This document shows, one piece after another, positions 57,693 to 64,000 of a stretch of 64,000 nucleotides of DNA (its first letter is position 1; each line of letters starts with the position of its first letter). The position numbers and the translations under genes are program-made. Source of the DNA: Candidatus Atribacteria bacterium (GTDB taxonomy: Bacteria > Atribacterota > Phoenicimicrobiia > Phoenicimicrobiales > Stramentimicrobiaceae); assembly GCA_029556475.1 (NCBI GenBank), contig JAKQEP010000081.1, forward strand, positions 3,130-67,129. Direction: 5' to 3'. The notes under the pieces were generated by a model. The model had not been told where the DNA came from. It searched no databases and saw nothing but the letters and a program-made list of their open reading frames with translations.

Positions 57693-57783
57693 TTGCGTCA
57701 AGACCTATTTCTCCGGCTGCAGAATTATACTCATTTTGTCCCACCGGTATATTTCAGATTTTATAATTTATAATATCTTTTAC

Positions 57784-57812
57784 TTGACACAAACATATGT
57801 TTGCCTTACAAT
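57784..57812 (+). promoter_or_regulatory. lexA promoter with an embedded palindromic operator
   Basis: TTGACA (57784-57789), a 17-nt spacer, then TACAAT (57807-57812). The spacer begins with the palindrome CAAACATATGTTTG (57790-57803). Confidence 0.75.
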
Positions 57813-57855
57813 GTGATTACCAGATATTGTATAAAAAATTTGTGAGGAAAAAGGC

Positions 57856-58464
57856 ATGACTCTGGATAAAGAAGTGCTTACCAAAAAACAGAAGGTGGCT
57901 TTAGAGGTTATTCGTATTAAAACTCAGCAGACCGGTTATCCTCCAACAGTTCGGGAATTATGTAAAGCCCTGGGTGTCAATTCCTCTGCTACTGCCTTTA
58001 AATACCTGAAAATTTTGGAAAAGAAAGGCTATATCAAGAGGGAAAAGGAAAAAACAAGGGCTATCAAATTAATACCCCAGACCCGCAATCTCCCCCTGAT
58101 TGGCAAAGTTGCCGCTGGCAATCCCCTGCTCGCTTTACAGGAATATACAGAAGTGCTTCCGGTGCCGGAAGAATTAGCCGGCAAAGAAGGGAGTTTTCTG
58201 GTTCGGGTGGAAGGAGACAGTATGCTCGGTGACCATATCCTGGATGGGGATTATGTTATAGTTCATCCCCAGAATAATGCTGACAATGGGGATATTGTTA
58301 TTGCCCTGCTCAACCAGGAAGAGGTAACTGTAAAGAGGTTTTATCAAAATAAGGATAAAATAACCTTGAAACCTTCCAATCCTGCCTATCAGCCTATCAT
58401 TACCAGAGAAGTAGCAATCTTGGGCAAGGTAACGGGCATCATTCGTAGATTTAATGGGAGGTAA
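57856..58464 (+). CDS. lexA: LexA repressor
   Basis: Winged-helix N-terminus (GYPPTVRELCKALGVNSSATAFKYLKILEKKGYI), cleavage site VAAG, and catalytic GDSM and VKRF. Confidence 0.95.
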   Translation: MTLDKEVLTKKQKVALEVIRIKTQQTGYPPTVRELCKALGVNSSATAFKYLKILEKKGYIKREKEKTRAIKLIPQTRNLPLIGKVAAGNPLLALQEYTEVLPVPEELAGKEGSFLVRVEGDSMLGDHILDGDYVIVHPQNNADNGDIVIALLNQEEVTVKRFYQNKDKITLKPSNPAYQPIITREVAILGKVTGIIRRFNGR

Positions 58465-58474
58465 TTAAACAATT

Positions 58475-59299
58475 ATGCTCTATATAGGAACTTCCGGTTT
58501 CAGTTATCAGGACTGGATTGGCCCATTTTATCCCGAAAATATCGCAAAAGGAGATATGTTGACTCTCTATGCCCGAGAGTTCAATACAGTGGAAGTCAAT
58601 TCTTCCTATTACCGAATTATGCCTGCAACCGTTTTTTATCATCTTCAGAATAAGGTCCCGGCTGATTTCAAATTTACAGTAAAGGCAAATCAGGTTATCA
58701 CCCATACCCGGGATAAGAATGAAGCTGTATTTCAGGAATTTAAAGCCTCTTTGCAGCCAATTCTGAAAAATAATAAATTGGGCTGCATCTTGGCACAATT
58801 CCCCTATTCTTTTCATTATAATCACGATAACCTCGACTATCTACTCTATGTAAAGGAAAAGATGGATTATGCCCCTCTGGTAGTGGAATTTCGCAATAAC
58901 TACTGGCTAAAAGATTCGATATTTGATTTTCTCAGAAAAAATGAAATAGGATTTTGTATGGTAGACCAGCCGGCTCTCAAGGGATTAATTCCTCCTTTAG
59001 CTGTAGTAACCTCACAGCTGGCTTATCTCCGTTTTCATGGACGTAACAAAGAAAAATGGTGGCAGCATGAGTATGCCTATCAGCGTTATGATTATCTCTA
59101 CAGTGAACAGGAATTAGAGGAATGGGTACCTAAAATTAAAGAGATTATCGGCCAGACCAGTGACCAGTACATCTTTATGAATAATCATTATAAGGGGAAA
59201 GCGGTCAAAAACGCTTTGATGCTGATGGGTCTGCTGCGGCAGGAGATAAAGACGGCAAATTCTGATGTTAAGGGTATCGAAGACCTACCCAGAACATAA
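58475..59299 (+). CDS. DUF72 (YecE/UPF0759) family protein
   Basis: MLYIGTSGFSYQDW ... FNTVEVNSSYY ... ILAQFP ... VEFRN..W ... YLRFHG is the typical DUF72 pattern. It starts 10 nt after the lexA stop. Confidence 0.85.
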   Translation: MLYIGTSGFSYQDWIGPFYPENIAKGDMLTLYAREFNTVEVNSSYYRIMPATVFYHLQNKVPADFKFTVKANQVITHTRDKNEAVFQEFKASLQPILKNNKLGCILAQFPYSFHYNHDNLDYLLYVKEKMDYAPLVVEFRNNYWLKDSIFDFLRKNEIGFCMVDQPALKGLIPPLAVVTSQLAYLRFHGRNKEKWWQHEYAYQRYDYLYSEQELEEWVPKIKEIIGQTSDQYIFMNNHYKGKAVKNALMLMGLLRQEIKTANSDVKGIEDLPRT

Positions 59300-59344
59300 A
59301 AAAAGAATATAACCTGAAACTGAATTATTTTTTTCATATAGAAA

Positions 59345-59360
59345 GCAAACATATGTTTGC
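59345..59360 (+). promoter_or_regulatory. Second copy of the candidate LexA operator, upstream of the dnaE-like gene
   Basis: Perfect 16-bp palindrome GCAAACATATGTTTGC, 28 nt upstream of the ATG at 59388. Its 14-bp core is identical to the box in the lexA promoter. Confidence 0.7.
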
Positions 59361-59387
59361 TAAAAGGATTAGGAGAAGGATTATCTT

Positions 59388-62075
59388 ATGAATTTTACTC
59401 ATTTACATCTGCATTCTCAATATAGTTTACAGGATGGACTGGGTAGTATTGACCAGATTATAAATCAGGCACAAAAATTGAAGATGAAATCTATAGCTCT
59501 TACCGACCATGATAATATGACTGGTGCTGTTGAATTCTATAAAAAAGCGATACAGGCAGGGATTCAGCCCATACTTGGCTGCGAGATAAGGATGAGGAGT
59601 AAATTTTTTCCCGGTCGTTTAACCCATACCGTCCTTCTGGTAAAAAATAGTATTGGATATCGTAATCTCTGCCAGCTGGTCAGTCAGGCGCATCTGTCCA
59701 ATCCACAGGATATTCCCTCCATTGAATATGAATTGCTTTTTCGCTACCATGAGGGGCTTATTGCCCTCTCCGGTCCCCTCAGAGGAGAGGTCCCGCTGCT
59801 TATTGCTCAAAAAGAATACCAGAAAGCAGAAGAGATTGCTTCCTGGTTTAAAAATATCTTTAGTCCGGAAAACTTTTACCTGGAAATATCTTTTCACGGA
59901 TTAGAACAGGAAAAGATTATCAATAAATATCTTATCGAACTGGGAGAAAAACTATCTATACCTCTGGTGGCAACCAATAATGTACACTATACGGAACAGG
60001 AACAGGCTCCCTTCCAGAGCATAACTAATACTATTGCCAATCAGAGTGGTCGGGAATGTTTGCACTATCCTCCCCTGCCCAACAACCAGTACTATTTAAA
60101 ATCAGGACAGGAGATGAAAGAATTATTCTCTTTTATTCCTGAAGCTTTGAGAAATACGGAAAAAATTGTCCAAAAATGCCAGTTCAAACTGGAGCTGGGG
60201 AAAATTCGGCTACCCTCTTACCAACCTCCTCAACCCTATTCTGCTTCACAATATTTAGAAGAATTATGCCTGGAAGGTTTAAAAAAATACTATCCCGATC
60301 CTTCCAGTCAGGCTTTCTACCGTATGAAATACGAATTAGACGTTATTAACCAGATGGGCTTTGCCGGCTATTTTCTCATAGTCAGGGACATTGTAAATTT
60401 CGCCAAACAAAACAATATACCGGTGGGACCTGGCAAAGGCTCATCAGCCGGCAGTCTGGTATCTTATCTGCTCAACATTACCGAGGTAGACCCTTTAAAA
60501 TTCAAACTCTTTTTTGAACGGTTTCTCAATCCTCAGCGTATTGACTTGCCGGATATCGATATAGATTTTGGCCAAATAGGTAGAGATAGAGTAATTGATT
60601 ATATTTTTCAGCGCTTTGGACGGAAGCAGGTAACCCATGTCTGTACCATTAACACCTATGCTGCCCGCTCGGCAGTAAGAGATGCCGGCAGGGCTCTGGG
60701 CTTCTCTTACCAGGAGCTGAATAAGATTGCCAGGATGATGCCTTTCTTCTCCTCTCCGGGAGTAATCAGGGCTTCTTTAAAGCATCTACCGGAATTGCAA
60801 CAACTTCCCTACCAAAAAGAACCATTGCGTTCTCTATTTTCTTATGCCCAGTTTATGGAAGGTAAACCGCGCCATCTTGCGGTTCATGCCTCTGCTATGA
60901 TTATAGCAGACCAACCTCTGGCCAATCTGGTCCCCTTAACACTCAGTCCGGAAGGAGAAATTATCAGCCAGTATGAAAAAGAGAGTGTAAAGGAACTCGG
61001 GTTACTTAAGATTGATGTACTGGGCTCCAGAAGTTTAACAGTAATTCAAAAAACTTTACAAAGTATAAACAAAACTAATAACCCCATCAATTTAAGAGAG
61101 ATTCCCTGGAATGATTCGCTGACCTTTTACCATCTTAAAAAAGGAAAAACTCTGGGCGTTTTCCAGATAGAAAGTTCCGGTATGTCTTCCCTGTTAAAAC
61201 AGTTATCACCCTCTACTATAGAAGATTTGATTGCAGCACTTTCACTTTACCGTCCTGGTCCACTGGACAGCGGAATGAGCGAACAATATCTGAAAAGAAA
61301 AGCCGGTAAAGCACCGATTGAATACCTCCATGAACGATTACAACCCATATTAAAAGACACTTATGGAGTTATCCTCTATCAGGAACAGGTTATGCAGGTT
61401 GTCTCGGCTATTGCCGGTTTAAGTCCCGGTGAGGCTGATCTCTTCCGCAGGGCAATCAGTTCACGCTCCCCTGCTGTAATGGAGGAACAGCGCCAGAATT
61501 TTCTAACTAAATCTTCCCGGCAGGGCATCAATACACAGGAAGCCCAAAATATTTTTAATCTGATTGCCAAATTTGCCTATTACGGCTTTAACAAAGCCCA
61601 TAGTACTTCTTATGCTCTACTCTCTTATCTCAGCTGTTATCTGAAAGTACACTATCCGGCACATTACTTAGCGGCATTACTCACCTACGGGATGGGCTAT
61701 TATGACCCTGACCGCTATATTCAGGAAGCACGCCGCTTTGGAATTTTAATTCTGCTGCCTGATATCAACAAAAGTCAGGCTGGTTTTTCTGTGGAAGGGA
61801 AAGCGATCCGAATTGGACTGATAAGGATAAAGAGTATGGGAATGAAGCAGTTAAATAGCATTTTAAAGATAAGAGAAAAAGATGGTCCTTTTCTTTCTCT
61901 CTACGATTTTTGTGCCAGAACTGTTTCTTTAAGGATAACGGGAAGTGTGGTTGAGAATTTGATTAAAGTTGGTGCCTTTGACTTTACCGGGTATCCCAGG
62001 TCTGTATTGTTAAATCTGCTGCCGCTTATCATAAAGGAGACTAAAAAGGAGGTAAAACAATGTCAACCCTTATAG
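59388..62075 (+). CDS. dnaE: DNA polymerase III alpha-subunit family protein, core part (PHP, palm, thumb, fingers, HhH); DnaE2-like by context
   Basis: 895 aa. FTHLHLHSQYSLQDG (PHP), GPGKGSSAGSLVSY, PDIDIDF, YRPGP and FNKAHS motifs. It ends just after the HhH region (IKVGAFDF). Confidence 0.85.
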   Translation: MNFTHLHLHSQYSLQDGLGSIDQIINQAQKLKMKSIALTDHDNMTGAVEFYKKAIQAGIQPILGCEIRMRSKFFPGRLTHTVLLVKNSIGYRNLCQLVSQAHLSNPQDIPSIEYELLFRYHEGLIALSGPLRGEVPLLIAQKEYQKAEEIASWFKNIFSPENFYLEISFHGLEQEKIINKYLIELGEKLSIPLVATNNVHYTEQEQAPFQSITNTIANQSGRECLHYPPLPNNQYYLKSGQEMKELFSFIPEALRNTEKIVQKCQFKLELGKIRLPSYQPPQPYSASQYLEELCLEGLKKYYPDPSSQAFYRMKYELDVINQMGFAGYFLIVRDIVNFAKQNNIPVGPGKGSSAGSLVSYLLNITEVDPLKFKLFFERFLNPQRIDLPDIDIDFGQIGRDRVIDYIFQRFGRKQVTHVCTINTYAARSAVRDAGRALGFSYQELNKIARMMPFFSSPGVIRASLKHLPELQQLPYQKEPLRSLFSYAQFMEGKPRHLAVHASAMIIADQPLANLVPLTLSPEGEIISQYEKESVKELGLLKIDVLGSRSLTVIQKTLQSINKTNNPINLREIPWNDSLTFYHLKKGKTLGVFQIESSGMSSLLKQLSPSTIEDLIAALSLYRPGPLDSGMSEQYLKRKAGKAPIEYLHERLQPILKDTYGVILYQEQVMQVVSAIAGLSPGEADLFRRAISSRSPAVMEEQRQNFLTKSSRQGINTQEAQNIFNLIAKFAYYGFNKAHSTSYALLSYLSCYLKVHYPAHYLAALLTYGMGYYDPDRYIQEARRFGILILLPDINKSQAGFSVEGKAIRIGLIRIKSMGMKQLNSILKIREKDGPFLSLYDFCARTVSLRITGSVVENLIKVGAFDFTGYPRSVLLNLLPLIIKETKKEVKQCQPL

Positions 62076-62563
62076 AGATAAAAACAAAAGACAACATCAT
62101 CAATTTGCTACCGGAAAAGGCTATTCCAGCTCATAATTTTTCCCCTTTTGAACTGCTCAAGATGGAAAAAGAGATACTGGGCATCTACGCACAAAAACAC
62201 CCTTTGACTCTTTACCGGGAAAAACTAACCAGCCGCAGGAAGAGAGGACAGATTCTCATCCAGAGCCACCATATCGGGCAGTTAAGGTCGGGACAACCCA
62301 TTCTTATTGCCGGATTATTAATCCAGGTCAGAAGGCAATTTACCGTAAACCGCCAGGTAATGGCTTTCTTATTATTGGAAGATGAGTCAGGACTCTTTGA
62401 AGCTATCGTTTTTCCTGAGGCATTTCAACATTATTTCTCCTTACTGGTTAAAGAGGAGTTACTGATTATTAAAGGCAAGATAAGTGACAAAAATAGTGAA
62501 GAAAAAATAATAATACAGGAAATAAAGAATCTCTATTCCTACCTGGAAGAAAACAGGCTATAA
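62060..62563 (+). CDS. DnaE C-terminal OB-fold segment encoded as a separate overlapping ORF
   Basis: 167 aa. FELLKMEKEILGIYAQKHPL, then an OB-fold-like ILIAGLLIQVRR...MAFLLLEDESGLFEAIVFPE. ATG at 62060 is preceded by AAGGAGG (62046-62052). The frame is shifted by -1 relative to the upstream ORF, with a 16-nt overlap. Confidence 0.75.
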   Translation: MSTLIEIKTKDNIINLLPEKAIPAHNFSPFELLKMEKEILGIYAQKHPLTLYREKLTSRRKRGQILIQSHHIGQLRSGQPILIAGLLIQVRRQFTVNRQVMAFLLLEDESGLFEAIVFPEAFQHYFSLLVKEELLIIKGKISDKNSEEKIIIQEIKNLYSYLEENRL

Positions 62564-62594
62564 TCAGGATATCCAAAGAAGGGATGTCAGCGGC

Positions 62595-63821
62595 ATGGAT
62601 ATGGTCAGGAAAAACTCTATCATTCATCTGGATTTAGATGCTTTCTTCGCTTCGGTAGAACAACGGGATAATCCCCGGTATGCCGGTAAACCACTTATTG
62701 TAGGTGGTATATTTAAGAAAAACGGGGAATTGTCCCGACGGGGAGTGGTCTGCTCTGCTTCTTACCAGGCCAGAAAATACGGTATCCACGCCGGTATGCC
62801 CATCTGGGAAGCTCAGCAAAAGTGTCCCGGGGCAATTTTTACCCCTTCCCGCATCAGATATTATCAAGCCTCTTCACGACATTTTTTCCGTATATGCAGC
62901 ACCTATACCCCCTTTGTTGAACCGGTAAGTATTGATGAGGCTTTTTTGGATGTCAGCAGCTGTGAGGCATTGTTTGGCACAGCAGAAGATATTGCCCTTA
63001 AGATTAAAAAAAGAGTAAAAAAGGAGCTACGGCTTCCCGTTTCAGTGGGTATTGCCTCCAACAAATTTCTGGCTAAGATTGCTACCAACCTGGGAAAACC
63101 GGATGGTTTTTTTATTCTGCCAGAGGAAAAAGCATTGGATATTCTATCCGAGCTTCCAATTTCTAAATTATGGGGTATTGGACAGAAATCAGCCCAAAAA
63201 CTCAATCGTGCCGGTATTTTCAAAATAAAACAGTTAATGATGATGCCAGATGTTATTCTGCAGAGCATTTTAGGAGAAAATGGACCCAAGTTAAAACAAC
63301 TGGCACAGGGTATCGACCATAGCCCGGTGATTTGTTCAGAAGAGGTAAAATCAATCGGTAGAGAAACAACTTTTCCTGAGAATATTACAGACCGGGAGAG
63401 ATTATTGAAAATACTTCTGGCTTTGAGTCAAAACGTCGGTTACACTGCGCGTAAAAAAGGTTATTCTGGCAAGACCATTACTTTAAAGATACGCTTTGCC
63501 CCTTTTACCACCATCCAAAAATCTGCTACCCTTCCACGAGCCACCAATCTGGACAATACTATCTTTGAAAAAGCTAAAGAGTTGCTCAATTCTGTTAATA
63601 TCAGGCAGCCGGGAATACGTCTTCTGGGTGTCAAACTCTCTTCACTTCAGCAGGGAAGACAACCGAGGCAACTCGATCTTCTTAATAATCAGGATTGGGA
63701 AGAAAAATGGGTTCAACTGATTTCTTCAGTGGATAAAATACGGGAAAAATATGGTTCTTATCTCATCCAGCGTGCTGCACTTTTAAAAGAAAAGAAGAGC
63801 AATACTAATAAAAAATTATAG
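62595..63821 (+). CDS. dinB: DNA polymerase IV (Y-family)
   Basis: Catalytic motifs are intact (IIHLDLDAFFASVE, SIDEAFLDV). A clamp-binding-like QLDLL lies near the C-terminus, followed by a ~45-aa tail. Confidence 0.9.
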   Translation: MDMVRKNSIIHLDLDAFFASVEQRDNPRYAGKPLIVGGIFKKNGELSRRGVVCSASYQARKYGIHAGMPIWEAQQKCPGAIFTPSRIRYYQASSRHFFRICSTYTPFVEPVSIDEAFLDVSSCEALFGTAEDIALKIKKRVKKELRLPVSVGIASNKFLAKIATNLGKPDGFFILPEEKALDILSELPISKLWGIGQKSAQKLNRAGIFKIKQLMMMPDVILQSILGENGPKLKQLAQGIDHSPVICSEEVKSIGRETTFPENITDRERLLKILLALSQNVGYTARKKGYSGKTITLKIRFAPFTTIQKSATLPRATNLDNTIFEKAKELLNSVNIRQPGIRLLGVKLSSLQQGRQPRQLDLLNNQDWEEKWVQLISSVDKIREKYGSYLIQRAALLKEKKSNTNKKL

Positions 63822-64000
63822 ATGAATCATCTCAAATTGCGACCCTAAAACGGGGTCCTTCCAGACTTCAATTCTTACCGGAAAAGCATCCTTCAGGGTA
63901 GGAAGATGGGTAATAACCATTATTTTGTCAAAATCATTCTGAATGGAATTTATTGCCTGTATTAATTTCTGCAGCCCATCCTCATCCTGTGTTCCAAAAC
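63816..64000 (-). CDS. sbcC: 3' end of an SbcC/Rad50-family ATPase gene (partial, start outside the window)
   Basis: The minus strand reads ...FGTQDEDGLQKLIQAINSIQNDFDKIMVITHLPTLKDAFPVRIEVWKDPVLGSQFEMIHL* (Walker B/D-loop tail and ITH H-loop). The stop at 63816-63818 overlaps the dinB 3' end by 6 nt. Not in the ORF track. Confidence 0.6.
   Translation of the reverse strand, partial: FGTQDEDGLQKLIQAINSIQNDFDKIMVITHLPTLKDAFPVRIEVWKDPVLGSQFEMIHL

Overview
AT-rich bacterial chromosomal segment, mostly housekeeping genes. I found no rRNA, tRNA, CRISPR array, transposase or integrase. Two proteins with signal peptides and C-terminal aromatic residues, a LolA-like protein and PEGA/CARDB envelope proteins suggest a diderm organism. 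Separate corrinoid-repair modules, a B12-radical SAM enzyme and SpoVS suggest an anaerobe; I cannot assign a phylum.

Gene content, left to right:
- sugar ABC binding protein, fused trehalose-6-P synthase/phosphatase, class I FBA
- PEGA protein, HU, Asp23, SpoVS, B12-radical SAM, trkAH, an orphan ATP-grasp ligase
- a DctM remnant, glycerate kinase with a 2-hydroxyacid dehydrogenase
- a purE-purLFMN operon, a split chromate transporter
- three stand-alone methionine-synthase-related modules, HAD, a second sugar ABC system
- PolX, an AT-rich gene-poor segment with one CARDB lipoprotein, family-4 UDG, Nif3
- a flavoenzyme/TsaA-like/EamA cluster, a porin-like OMP, an rpoZ missing from the ORF track, ElbB
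- TetR plus MMPL/LolA-like/OMP, flavin reductase, TraB, marR-hsp20, pgi
- a DNA-damage cluster: lexA-DUF72, a two-piece dnaE-like polymerase, dinB, and the 3' end of sbcC

Most notable observations:
1. The purE leader carries a guanine aptamer followed by a ykkC-family (PRPP/ppGpp-subtype-like) aptamer, both feeding one terminator.
2. An identical palindrome CAAACATATGTTTG sits inside a consensus lexA promoter and again upstream of the dnaE-like gene. This defines a candidate LexA operator and an SOS mutagenesis cassette without imuA/imuB.
3. The dnaE-like gene is split into an 895-aa core and a 167-aa OB-fold piece, with a strong internal SD/ATG in the overlap.
4. A 29-bp direct repeat carrying the polX promoter brackets a 1.7-kb AT-rich insert.

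I did not recognise a clear-cut defence system or mobile island. All calls rest on reading the sequence and translated ORFs by eye; no searches were run.
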